From Octopus sinensis (Eukaryota), in contig NC_043006.1 of assembly GCF_006345805.1 (NCBI RefSeq), positions 6,200,001-6,264,000 of the forward strand: DNA of 64,000 nt, read 5' to 3'. Positions 1 through 12,251 of this stretch are shown one piece after another. Each line of letters begins with the position of its first letter. Position 1 is the stretch's first letter. The notes beneath the pieces were generated by a model. That model was not told the origin of the DNA, made no database searches, and saw nothing but the letters and a program-made list of their open reading frames with translations. Position numbers and translations under genes: made by a program.

Positions 1-444
1 TGTTTATAAGTATAAAACAAAAATGATCTACGTGCATTTTTTTATTCTTGTTTGTCATAGGACTACGACCAGACTGGAGTTTCACGTTGAAAATTTAAGG
101 ACTCCAGTTGAATCCTCTACTTTTGTTTTTAAGTCAGGTACTTATTTTGTCAGTATCATTTTACCAAACTGCTAAGTTACAAAGATGTAAACAAACCAAC
201 ACCGGTTGCCTCTCAGTTTACACTGGCTTGCATCTGCAAACCACCGTTCAAATCAAAATTGTGTAAATTGAGGAAGATGTGTTTTTATTGATATTATCCA
301 TAGAAAAAGAAAATTTATTATTTTTTTTTTAAATGAAATAAAAAAAAATTGATTATTGGGAGTGTGTTTTTGTGTATGCGTCTGTGTTTATGTGATGGTT
401 TGATTTCTCTTAGTGATTCTGAAAACAAAAAACCATGGAAGTCA

Positions 445-720
445 CCATCATCATCATCATTTAGCGTCCGCTTTCCATGCTAGCATGGGTTGGACGGTTC
501 AACTGGGGTCTGGGAAGCCAGAAGGCTGCACCAGGCCCAGTCTGATCTGGCAGTGTTTCTACAGTTGGGTGCCCTTCATAATGCCAACCACTCCGTGAGT
601 GTAGTGGGTGCTTTTTACATGCCAGACGAGGCTAGCAAACGGCCACAATCGGATGGTGCTTTTTATGTGCCACCGGCATGGAGACCAGACGAAGCTGGCA
701 ATGGCCATGATCGGATGGTG
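445..720 (-). mobile_element. SINE family B (RTE-type 3' end, (GAT)n tail, internal GTGCCGGTGGCAC subrepeats)
   Basis: Shared core CCATGCTAGCATGGG...GATGCCCTTCCTAACGCCAACCACTCC. Further minus-strand copies at about 7970, 13195, 19785, 31040, 36600, 49860, 58330 and 63145. Confidence 0.85.
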
Positions 721-729
721 CTAAACAGA

Positions 730-1400
730 GAATGACAGGGAGAAAAGGGGTTTTCTTGTTGCACAAGGGGACCAGCTATCTTGGTTGATAGCAGTGTGAT
801 AGACTAGGCAATCAAGGAAAAAGCCCTGGTCATCAGAAATTAGTGTTGTGATGCTTAAGATATCTGGCAGAGCAGGACACTGCCTCAGCTTGTACAAGAT
901 GGTGTCAGGAACCAATGATTGGTGTAGCTGCACTATAGTCAGCTGTTACGAGGTAAAGCAGATGCCTTCAATGTAATTACAGGACTAGGTCATGGAGAAT
1001 TTGGAACAGAAACTAGATGAGATGTAGCTTGGTTTTGTGCTGAGAAGTACTACTGATGCCATCTTAGTAAGAAGTAGCTAGCTAAAAGTAAGCCATTGTA
1101 CTTGGCATTTGTTGACCTGGAGAAAGACTTTGACCGGATCCTTGCTCTGGGATCTGGTGGTCTCTGAGAAAGCTAGAGATAGACAGATGGCTTGTGGAAG
1201 CCATACAAACCCATGTATAGAGGTGCTATCGGTACGGTCAAGCCATGAATTCTGCTGCAATTTTAAAGTACAGGTAAGAGTTTACCAGGTCATATATGTA
1301 TGGACGAGGACAGCTGCATAAAGAAGTGCCATGTACTAAATCTGAATGGAACCTGTGTTAGGAGACCTGGCATGAAGTAGTAAGGAATAAACTCTCGAAG
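730..1400 (+). mobile_element. Degraded RTE-like LINE RT fragment
   Basis: FVDLEKDFDR-type RT motif; many stops. Confidence 0.55.
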
Positions 1401-1789
1401 TTGAGCATCACAGAAATGACAAAAACCATAATGATGAGCAGATTACTGTGCTCAAGAAAACCCATCCATCTGAGCAAAATCAAGGTCCTAAAAGCGGACG
1501 TTAAACAATGATGATTCCATTCTGTCGGATGCCCTTCTTAACGCAAACCATTTTACAGAATGTAACAGGTACATTTTATCATGACCCCTATACTAAAGGG
1601 GTTGTCATGTCCCCAGTAAAACTACAAGATCCTCTCCATCTTACATCTGTTGTCCATTTGCCAACCACATTACATAGTGTATTGTAAACACTTTATCATG
1701 GCACAAACATTATGGGGGTCGTCATGTTCTTAGTAATACTAAACCAGCTGCATCACTCAGGCGCTTCTCTCATCAGGATGAGTGTATAC

Positions 1790-1825
<36 letters not shown>

Positions 1826-2094
1826 ATAAGAAACAATAATTTAGAAACTTATTCACTCATCTATAACACTCTTCTTTTGTAACTATCATTACGTTGAACA
1901 GGAATTAGTCTCTAACCAATGTCTCACAAGATTATCAAAATTCCTCAAAAATATCCATAGTAAACAGATTGAGGAGAAGCCTTCATGTGGTCATTCAACC
2001 TGCTAGAAATAGAAAACAAATCTGCTTTAAATCAGTCAGTTATCAAAAATATACAATATTCAGAGGTGAAATATCTTTGATTATAGATCTGTTC

Positions 2095-2306
2095 GCTACT
2101 ACTTGAGAACAGTGGTCCCGGTGCGCGCTAGCTAGTCATGACTAGTCGATCCTTACTTTGTGTTTTTGTGTTTTATTTACTTAGTTTAACAAAAATTATT
2201 TTGTGTTTTATATACTTTGCTAGGTAGTCGTAGGATCGACTAGTCACGACTAGCTAGCGCGACAACGCAAGTGCGTGCACTGGGACCACTGTTCGCTAGT
2301 AGTACC
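2095..2306. mobile_element. MITE with long TIRs and 9-bp target duplication (Mutator-like)
   Basis: GATCTGTTC at 2086-2094 and 2307-2315; ends GCTACTACT...AGTAGTACC; arms largely complementary. Confidence 0.75.
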
Positions 2307-2641
2307 GATCTGTTCAATCAGTCTGGGCTGCAACTAAACAACAGAGTGAGAAATATTCTTTAATCTCTAAGAAAGAGAGACAGTGGTAGAAAGATATTTA
2401 AACTTTATCTCTAAGAATAGCTTACAATAACACTGAAAATGTCAGTATACTCAAACATAAGGTAAATTAGATTCCTGGTTTTTAAGTTGAAAATCATTGA
2501 GAATAGTTACTTTATAATGCAGCAGGTAAAAACTGTCTTTTTCTTTGATGCTCAGAATTACCCTGGCCAGGGTAATACAGGAAAAACAGATGTAAAATCA
2601 TTTGATACTTGTCTACTTCAAAAATTGATTTAATCCAAATT

Positions 2642-2647
2642 TTTATT
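2642..2647 (-). terminator. Candidate polyadenylation signal AATAAA overlapping the stop of exon B
   Basis: Minus strand reads TAAATAAAA at 2649-2641. Confidence 0.45.
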
Positions 2648-2798
2648 TAATACTGCTTGCATGATTGGATTATATATGCTATTAAGCCTTCAAGTTCAGA
2701 TTTTTTTTTAATACCAGCAAATACCAGCCTCGTACCTGGGTAATACTGCTTTGGATTGTACAAAAACTTCCTGATTTCATCTTGATTGAGAATGCGAC
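2647..2798 (-). CDS. Cytochrome c-like terminal exon B (GRILNQDEIRKFLYNPKQYYPGTRLVFAGIKKKSELEGLIAYIIQSCKQY*)
   Basis: Acceptor aattattttag|GT in phase 1; 21/49 identical, ungapped, to cytochrome c exon 2; M80L, W59L, Y67F; intact frame. Confidence 0.9.
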
Positions 2799-2832
2799 CT
2801 AAAATAATTAAAATGATATGAATATATACATG

Positions 2833-2868
<36 letters not shown>

Positions 2869-2872
2869 CATG

Positions 2873-2921
<49 letters not shown>

Positions 2922-3013
2922 ATATATATATGTACATCAAATAAAATTAAAAACAGAACACAAAGGATATCGCGGTACACGTGTTTCAAGCTTTATAAAT
3001 AATCCGTTCTTAC

Positions 3014-3134
3014 ATCAGTGTATAATTGATATAAAATATGGTTTAAAGCTCTCTTCAGCCACACACATTGTTATTCCAAAGAGTACATGTAGTATTACCA
3101 TATATTGTCTTTCACCTCTGCCACTATCTGGCAT
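3014..3134 (-). pseudogene. Candidate N-half exon for copy B with in-frame TGA (MPDSGRGERQYMVILHVLFGITMCVAEESFKPYFISIIH*, then T|gt)
   Basis: Phase-1 donor T|gtaaga 215 nt above exon B. Ungapped 9/35 identity to gene A exon 3, with the same distance from GER to the splice. Confidence 0.45.
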
Positions 3135-3204
3135 ATACAGGTGCTTACACTTATCAAGTATTCACCCTAAATTTACAGTACCTATATATATATATATACT
3201 CTCT

Positions 3205-3610
3205 CTCTTTTACACACTTTTACTTGTTTCAGTCATTTGACTGCAGCCATGCTGGAACACCACCTTTAGTCGAGCGAATCGACCCCGGGACTCATTCTTT
3301 GTAAGCCCAGTACTTATTCTATCGGTCTCTTTTGCCGAACCGCTAGGTGACGGGGACGTAAACACACCAGCATCGGTTGTCAAGCAATGCTAGAGGGACA
3401 AACACACACACACAAACATATATATATATATATATATACATATATACAACCGGCTTCTTTCAGTTTCTGTCTACCAAATCCACTCACAAGGTATTGGTCG
3501 GCCTGGGGCTATAGCAGAAGACACTTGCCCAAGATGCCACGCAGTGGGACTGAACCCGGAACCATGTGGTTGGTAAACAAGCTACTTACCACACAGCCAC
3601 TCCTGCGTCT
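3205..3610 (-). mobile_element. SINE family A (tRNA-like head GGCGCAGGAGTGGCTGTGTGG, internal TA/CA microsatellite)
   Basis: About 400-bp repeat present many times in the window. Confidence 0.9.
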
Positions 3611-4379
3611 ATATATATACATACATACATACATGCATGCATGCACACACACATATTAGCAGAGATACCTGGTGTTACTCAGGATTAAAATAGTATAGTT
3701 ATTTATAGTTTTACTTGTTTCGGTCATGTGACTGCAGCCATGCTGGAGCACCACCTTTAGTCAAAGAAATCAACCTCAGGATTTATTCTTCGTAAGTACT
3801 TACTCTATTGGTGTGTTTTGCCAAACGGCTAAGTTACGGGGACACAAACACAGCAACATTGGTTGTCAAGCGATAGCAGGGGAAGAAACTGTGGTGCATG
3901 CGGGAAATTTGAAATAAGGACACCTCCCTCCTCTTCGTCGACCGAGACATCTCCAGTGGTAATGCACCCTTCCATGTGGCCTGACCCGAATGCTAGAAAT
4001 AGCAGCTGCTTTTCCCCTACCTTGATAAAGCGCTCACACGTCTAACTCTGTCGGCTTACCCCAATCGAAAGGCCAATGCTCCCCTGCCTGTGAGTGCGTC
4101 ACTCCTGCCCCTTCCTCTTCCGGTCAGCTCCCCAGCTGCTGACGTCATCCCACAGAAATAGAGACACACACACATACACATATATACACACACAGACACA
4201 TATATATATATAAAACTGAGAATTTGTGCCTGTCTATATGTATGTAGGTGTGCATCACTAAAACTGGAGAACTACCCAACAGATTTAATTCAAATTTCAC
4301 ACATGCCTTACTTAGGGTCCATGCAGTGTCAGTGTAGCAAAGACCAAAGTTCTAGTAAGTAGGAAGGCGAACTCATCAC

Positions 4380-4860
4380 ACACCTCCTCAGGCAGGTGGC
4401 CCTGCTTGATCTGTAGAAAAGGTGTAGGTAGAAACTCCATAAGATGTACCCAGTGTAAGCTATGGACACATAAGAGGTGCAGCAACATCAAAGGAAGATT
4501 AACTGAGAAGACAGCTTTTGTGTGCGGCAGATGCACAGGGACAATAAACACCACAGATGCTCAGAAAACAGATTCCATGACACTCCAGGGGAAGAAACTA
4601 GAAGTAGATAATAGCTTCCGCTACCTAGCTGACCAAGTTAGTAGTGGGGGGTGGATGCTCTGAGAACGTTACCACTAGAATAAGAATAGCCTGGGCAAAG
4701 TTTAGAAAGCTCCTACCCCTACTGGTGACAAAGGGCCTCTCGCTCAGTGTGAAAGGTAGATTGTATGATGCATGTGTGTGAACCACCATGCTTCACGGGA
4801 GTGAAACATGGGCCATGACTGCAGAGGACATGCGTAGCCTCGAAAGAAATGAAGCTAGTA
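4380..4860 (+). mobile_element. RTE-like LINE fragment
   Basis: [42 protein letters not shown]. Confidence 0.85.
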
Positions 4861-4922
4861 TGTATATATATGTGTATATATATATGTATGTATGTCTATG
4901 TATGAATGTATATGTATGTATG

Positions 4923-4969
<47 letters not shown>

Positions 4970-6179
4970 GTATATAATAATATAAAAAATATAAATATAT
5001 GCATATATACATACATATATGTACATACCTACATCTATATGTATATATATATACATGCATATATGGTTACAGGACATCAAAAAAACGTTGAACACAATGA
5101 AAAACGAAAACATGGAAACGAACTTTTTTCAAACAACAAAAAAACAGTGTACAAGACATACAACTCAAGGAATATTCCCCTTCTTCAGTTGTCCCTGTTT
5201 TGTCTACTCTGTGCTTCGAAGGTAAGGACAAGATGCGACTTCGTTGAAACAGTCCTTCCCGCAAAGCAAATTAAATAAAATTTGGAATTTTTTTGCAGAG
5301 GGGTAAAAGTGGTAAGAAGAACAGGACAGTAAGAACAAAACAAGACAGTAAAAACAGTAAAAGACAGAACAAAGAGAATAGCACAGTAAAAAAAATAAAC
5401 GATGTGGAAAAATTATTCTGGATGCTTGAGGAGACAGGATAAGCGGTCTTGTCTTGGTGAAGATAGCAGTTGGAAAGATGGCTTCCCACTAATCATGTGT
5501 CAGTGATGAGAGAGTCGAGGAGGAGGAGTAAGAGAGAGGGAATGGTGAAGGGGAGAGGAGAAGAATAGGCAAGTGTGGGAGAGAAAACCAGAAAGGATGA
5601 AGAACAAGAGGGGGAGAAAGATAGACAGAGGAGAAATAGTAAAAGTTGAAGAGTGCACATCATAATTATGAAGATAAAACTTACTTGGAAAAGGATGCGT
5701 GGCATTCGATCATATAATAATATAAATAATATATAAATATATGCATATATACATACATATATGTACATACTTACATCTATATGGATATATAGGTACCGGA
5801 CATCAAAAAAACGTTGAACACAATGAGAAACGAAAACATGATAACGAATTTTTTTAAAACAATGACAAAACAGAGTACAAGACATACAACACAAGGAATA
5901 TTCCCCTTCTTCAGTTGTCCCTGTTTCATCTACTCCGCGTTCCGAAGGTAAGGACAAGACATGACTTCGTTGAATATATATGTGTATATATGTGTGTGTA
6001 TATATATATGTGTATATATATATGTGTATATATGTGTGTATATGTGTGTATATATATGTATGTATATAAGTATGTGTGAGTGTGTGTATATATATATATT
6101 TATGTATATGTATATAATAGCCCTTATTGAAGAGATAGCCATAAAGATGCCAAAAGCTCAGGTAGATGAACTAGATGAG

Positions 6180-8772
6180 ACAGGTACTAGAAAAAGTGAA
6201 ACTTTCCGAACAAAGCATCACTAAGGAAGAAAAGTTCGCTATCAAAAGACTACAGAGTGAAAATTCCATCATAATACTTCCAGCGGACAAGGGAAATGCT
6301 ACAGTGGTGATGGACAAGTCTGACTACTCTGAAAAATTGGCAAGTATCATAAGTGATGGTAGCTACAGCAAAGAATAGAAAGACCCAACTCTCAAAAACA
6401 GAGAGGAAGTCACAGATCTTGATCAAGAACAAGGATCACTTTACACCAATGAAGTACTGACAACTGATTCAACACTTCAGTAAACTACCACACATGTACA
6501 GTCTCCCTAAGATTCACAAGGATGGTATTCCATTAAGACTTATAGTGAGCTGTAGAGGTTCAGCACGTCATCAACTGAGCCGCTTCCTTGTGGATATAAT
6601 CAGTCCATTAGCAGGAAAGTCAACATCGTACGTGAAGAATTCCACCCACTTCACAGAATTGATCAGAATTGAATCGAACCAGATGGTGAGTCTAGATGTG
6701 ATAAGTCTGTTCACCAAAGTCCCAACTGGTGAAGCACTATCGGTGATACAAGGAAAACTAGTGACAGACACCCATCTAAAAGAACACACTAGTATACCAA
6801 TAAGAAACTTGATAGAAATGTTGACCTTCTCTGTAGAAACTACCTACTTCAGTATGGACACTGATATATATCGACAAGAAGAGGGTTTAGCTAGAGGTTC
6901 GGCATTATCATCAATAATAGCCAATGTATTAAACGGAATACTTTGAGAATTTGGCTTTAGGATCAACACCACTAAAACCAACCCTATGCTGGGATATGTT
7001 GATAACACCTTTATACTCTGGCCCCACTAGGAAGATGTCCAAGTGCTGTTAGATCATGTATACTCAATAAAGCCATTCATAGAGTTCACAACGGAAAAGG
7101 CAAAAGACAATCAGCTGGCATTCCTGGACATATTAATAACATACACCAAGTATGGATTCAGGACATCAGTATACCGCAAGCCGACCTTCACTGGACGATA
7201 CTTTAACTTCAATTCCCACCATCCATACATTGTAAAGAGAAGGATTGCTCAGTGCCTGAAACATTGAGCAAAGAATATAAGTAGTGATAGTTGTATACAC
7301 CATGAAGAAATGATCAGGCTCATTAACAACTTATTGAGCAACAACTACCCCAAAAACATACTCTCCAATCCAATTATGAAGAAAAGAGAGGATGAAACCA
7401 ATAAACTGTCCACAGTCTGTCTAACCTTTGTGAAAGGCCTCTCCAAAATGATGCAAAAGCTATGTTGCCCATATGACATCAGGACAGTATTCAAGAGTAA
7501 TACAACACTTCACAAATATCTCCTTCGAGTAAAACCACCAATAGAAGAGAATATGACCAAAGACTGCATGTACTCCATCCCATGCAACTGTGGTAGGTTA
7601 TACAAAGGCGAAACATGCCGACCCCTCAAAATAAGGGTAGAGGAATATCGCAAAGCTGTGACACGAGGAGATATCAATATAGCTGATCATGTATGAAAAA
7701 ATGGAGACCAGCTCCCCCTGTGGGATGAAGTTTAAATAATAGAGAACACCACTGGAAAATACGAAAATACATATGCTAGGAGACAACAACCTCTAAGCAG
7801 ACTGAGTGCAGATATGAGTAGCATATGGGAACTGGTATTCAGGAAGGATAGGAAAATATTAGATTTATAAACCCTAAAATTCACTCCATTATTGCCCATG
7901 GGCATATGGCATGGTGGTTAAAAGTGTGGGCTACTAACCCCAAGGTTCCGAGTTCAATTCCAGGCAGTAAAAATGTCCGTTTTCCATGCTAGCATGGTTC
8001 TGGGAAGTCAGGAGACTGCACCAGGCTCTAGTCTGATCTGGCAGTGGTTTCTACAGCTGGGTGCCCTCCCTAATGCCAACCACTCCGTGAGTGTAATGGG
8101 AGCTTTTTATGTGCCAGCGGCACAGGGGCCAGAGAAGGCTGGCAACGGTCACGATCGGTTGGTGCATTTTACATGCCACCAGCACGGGTGTCACAACTGC
8201 AATTTCCATTTGATTTTCATTTTGAAGTTGATGTTGATGTACTTGACTCAATAGGTCTCCTCAAGCACAGCAGGTTGCCCAACGATCCAAGGTACTTTGA
8301 ATGAGCTGGGACTGGATATGCAAAACTGGTGTAGGATACAGTCATGAACTCACTTTATTTGCTGGGTCTTCGCAGTCACAGCATATCTCCTGAGGTCTTG
8401 GTCTTTCGTCATTGCCTCTGTGAGGCCCAATGTTTAAAGGTTATGCTTCATTACCTCATCCTATGTCTTCCTGGGTCTACCTCTACCCCAGATTCCTTCA
8501 ACTGTTTGGGAATGGCACTTCTTCACACAGCTCTCCTCATCCATCCGTAGTACATGACCATACCAGTGCAAACGTCTCTCTTGCATGACACATCCTGTGA
8601 CATCACAATTTTCTCTCACATGCTGTCTTGCAATCCAATCGAGAAATACCATAGGAATGAGAACCCAGGTTTGAAATTTCTGCAAGACACATGATGAAGG
8701 CTGGAGGGTATATCAGCCGAAACGTATTAACAAACAAGATGAGGACAAATATCCGTCAAATGTAAATAATGT
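6180..8772 (+). mobile_element. Penelope-like retroelement (RT + GIY-YIG), degraded, interrupted by SINE/RTE inserts at about 7970-8640
   Basis: YSLPKIHKDGIPLRLIVS, VSLDVISLFTKVP, QEEGLARGS, YSIPCNCGRLYKGET; many stops and frameshifts; tRNA-like segment at about 7895-7965 and a hammerhead-like 3' segment. Confidence 0.9.
8686..8730 (+). ncRNA. Degenerate hammerhead motif (Penelope terminal repeat)
   Basis: CATGATGA-AGGCTG-loop-CAGCC-GAAAC-GTA; one core mismatch. Confidence 0.4.
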
Positions 8773-8959
8773 TTACAGACAAGTTTTGTTGTTCACCAAC
8801 AGATGGCAGCACACAGTTGCATGTGCAGTGAGAGCTAGAAGTGACCTTCATGAGGCAGTGTGCCATGTGACATTGCTGTGTTTACTCCGCAAGCTGAAAT
8901 TTGCATTTTTGTGATCATCTGTAGGCTGTATTCTGCAATTTTGCCAAAGACTGGAGCAA

Positions 8960-9990
8960 AGAGCCAATGTGAAAGTTTGTGTTAAACTTGGGAAGTGTGC
9001 TACGGAGACATTGAGCATGCTTCAGCAAGCTTATGGCAATGAGGCAATGGGTTGTACACAATGTTTAGAGTGGCATGGGTACTTCAAAAGACACTTTGCC
9101 TCCCCAAAATCCATCCCCTCCTCACCGTGGTGGGGATGCTGGCAACGGGTAGTGTCAGAGCTATGCCGTCGGGAACTTCAGTTCCTGGTAGGGCCACCCA
9201 AGGTGGATTGGTCTGACACCGAGTGGTATTAGGGCCACAACCCGGCAAATCCTCGGTGAAATCCTCGGAGTGTCTGTTTCGGCAACCGGCGGCTCCTCGG
9301 TTGTTCTGTCACTGCATCTGTGGACAATCTGCAGCAAACAGGATGTCTCTACATGCGGGATTGTTGGGGACCACTTGTGAAATCCACATATTCCCACAAA
9401 ACTTCTTCCAAAGAAGAAGCCGATTCAACCCGCCCAGGGTGAATGTCGCCACAAGTACAAGAAATTCAAAAGTAGAAGAACATCCTGGGAAGATGATGAG
9501 CGATCTGGAAGACATGCAACAAGCGTCACCCCAGAAATGTGGTATTGTGCATCAAGAATTTGTCCAAGGCCAGACCATCGATCCTGAGTTCTACTGCAAT
9601 GGTTCCAAGCATCTGAGGGAGAACATTTGGCAAAAGCGACTGGATCTGTGGGACATGAATAATTGGATTCTTCATGTCAACAATGTACCCTGTCACTGAG
9701 TTCTCCTCACTCATGAGTTTCTCGCCCAAAACAACAGGGTATCACTTCCACACTCACCCTATTCACCAGATTTAGCACCTGTGGACTTCCGTCTCTTCTC
9801 GAAAATGATAATGCAGCTCAAAGGTCGCTGTTGTCAAGATCCAAGTGAATTGCAGAAGGTCCTCAACCCACTTGTGGAAAACGTCTTCCAGACCACAATC
9901 CAAAAGTGGCAAGAATGCTGGGACTGGTGTACTGTGGCACAAGATGTCTATTTAAAAGGAAATGATGTTAAAACTTACATAAATAGCTCA
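8960..9990 (+). mobile_element. Mariner transposase remnant with an unrelated insert at about 9090-9470
   Basis: KLGKCATETLSMLQQAYGNEAM (HTH), HQEFVQGQTI, WILHVNNVPCH, HSPYSPDLAP; disrupted frames. Confidence 0.9.
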
Positions 9991-10408
9991 TTTGTTTGAT
10001 TAAACATAACTAGTTTTGATAGGAACGTTTTGATACCTTTTTCTTTACTGCCCACAAGGGGCTAAACACAGAGAGGACAAACAAGGACAGACAAACGGAT
10101 TAAGTCGATTACATCGACCCCAGTGCATGATTGGTCCTTAATTTATCGACCCCGAAAGGATGAAAGGCAAAGTCGACCTCGGCGGAATTTGAACTCAGAA
10201 GGTAACGGCAGACGAAATACTGCTCAGCATTTCGCCTGGCGTGCTAGCATTTCTGCCAGCTCGCCGCCTTATGTTTTGATACCACCTTATAATATACCAT
10301 GGAAAAATTATTTTTTCTTCCGATCCTCAGAATTACTCAAATATGAAATCATATGATACTTACCATCTTTAAAGTCCTCAAAAGTTAATTTAAACCAAAC
10401 ATTTTGTA

Positions 10409-10557
10409 CTAATTCTCATTACATGCATGGGTCATATAAGCTATTAGCATATTAACATTATCTTTCTCCATACTAGCAACTTTTATCTTTGTAGAGGGTA
10501 AAACAGACTTTGGGCGATTCAAAAACTTCCTAAGTTCATCCTTTTTGTAAACATGAC
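10409..10557 (-). CDS. Gene A exon 4 (GHVYKKDELRKFLNRPKSVLPSTKIKVASMEKDNVNMLIAYMTHACNEN*); divergent cytochrome c C-half
   Basis: Acceptor ttcatttttag|GT in phase 1. Coding length 149 nt, the same as cytochrome c exon 2. Keeps PK, P-TK, LIAY and Cys102; about 18/50 identical to the 2647-2798 exon; Met80 position is Ile. Confidence 0.8.
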
Positions 10558-10605
10558 CTAAAAATGAATTTATATATAAATGTAAAGATTATATGTGCTC
10601 ATATA

Positions 10606-12251
10606 TTGGGTCATCCCATAAATAATGTGGGTTTTTTATATTTATTTTATTTTTCAAAATTAAGATAAACAAAGTTCTTTTTATAATCTAAAATATACTC
10701 TCCTTCCTTTTCTACAATGCTCTTCCATCTATCTGGTAGACTTGCAAGGCCCCTCTTTCAAAATTCACTTGTCTGTGATGAAAAATACTCTTCCAGTACT
10801 GCTCTGACCTCATCTACGGAATTCATACTTTTTCTGTCCAAATAATTTTGAAGACTGAAGAATAAATGTTAATCAGATGGAGCAATGTCCAGTGAATATG
10901 GTGGGTGGGGCAAAATAAGTTCATTCATGAGACTTGACAGCAAAGAAGAGCACACATTTGCTCTCTGCCCATGATTAGACTTGGAACCCATTGAGCCAAT
11001 TTGATGATTTTTCCAATAGCATGCAGGTATCAATGAAAGGTTGAATGGCTAAATCCAAGTTTCTTTGCTAGTTCCTCAATAGATACGACAGGATTTTGTT
11101 CCACCATGGGTTGCAGGACATCCTCACCGAGCTCTACAGATCTTCCAGGACATGGCTCGTCTCCTAAGCTGTAGTTTCTGGCTCAGAATTTCTGAAAACA
11201 CTCTCTCTTTCTCTTTTACTCTTTTACTTGTTTCAGTCATTTGACTGCGGCCATGCTGGAGCACCGCCTTTAGTCAAGCAAATCGACCCCGGGACTTATT
11301 CTTTGTAAGCCCAGTACGTATTCTATCAGTCTCTTTTGCCGAATCACTAAGTGACGGGGACGTAAACACACCAGCATCGGTTGTCAAGCAATGCTAGGGG
11401 GACAAACACACACACACACACACACATATATATACATATATATACATATATACGACAGGCTTTTTTCAGTTTCCATCTACCAAATCCACTCACAAGGCAT
11501 TGGTCGGCCTGGGGCTATAGCAGAAGACACTTGCCCAAGGTGCCACGCAGTGGGACTGAACCCGGAACCATGTGGTTGGTAAGCAAGCTACTTACCACAC
11601 AGCCACTCCTGCGCCACTGTTGACACTGGTTTACACTTATTGTCCCATCCTTGTATATCATCATCATCATCATCATCATCATCCAGTGTTTTAAATCTGG
11701 GTTTGCCCCCGTTAACAGGGGTGACCGGATCTACCTCAATGCCGTAGCAACCGAGGTAAGCAGGTGCAGCCCACCCCCAATCTTTGGGCTGGCTGGTACC
11801 CATTCTCCTTTGCTGTCATGAGGCTTTTTTTTTAGCTGGATTTTCTACAGGGATCATGCCCTTGCTTACCCCTAACCTCAGTTTATTAGACATGAGTGGT
11901 CTTGAGACCAAGGCCTCTGCCACAATTTTTTTAAAATGTAGTGGAAAACTAGCTCAGCAAGGCAGGGACCCTACTCCCTGAGACCCTTTTCAGAGCCCCC
12001 CCCCCTAATATACTGCATTAATATTCTTCACACTTTTCATAAAGCAAAATAAGCTGATTATGCTCCTTTGTCATTTCCATTAAAGCTTTGAAAAAATAAC
12101 CATAACTGCACTCTTCAAAACTTGCACTAAGAATAAGTACAAGGCAAGTAACTACCTGCTTTTATAGGAAGTTGACACAGTTTATCCTGTCCCCTTCAAC
12201 TCTTAGTTCATGCAATTGAAAAAAAAATGCATTATTTATGGGATGACCCAA
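10606..12251 (-). mobile_element. Mariner-like DNA transposon with TIRs and TA target duplication, carrying nested SINEs
   Basis: TTGGGTCATCCCATAAATAATG at 10606 and its reverse complement ending at 12251, TA on both sides; C-terminal transposase remnant LPDRWKSIVEKEGEY on the minus strand. Confidence 0.85.
11205..11615 (-). mobile_element. SINE family A
   Basis: Full-length copy nested in a mariner element. Confidence 0.9.

Noticed and set aside
2557-2576. Perfect 20-bp palindrome ATTACCCTGGCCAGGGTAAT, 70 nt past exon B, overlapping a chance YYPG reading
   Set aside because: Single short instance with no supporting context; cannot be distinguished from chance or a template-switch scar.
7895-7965. 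tRNA-like sequences (also SINE heads at 3560-3610, 26455-26530 and others)
   Set aside because: Embedded in repeats and lacking a complete cloverleaf; not called as tRNA genes.
9223-9699. 158-aa ORF
   Set aside because: Chimeric reading across an insert and a dead mariner transposase.
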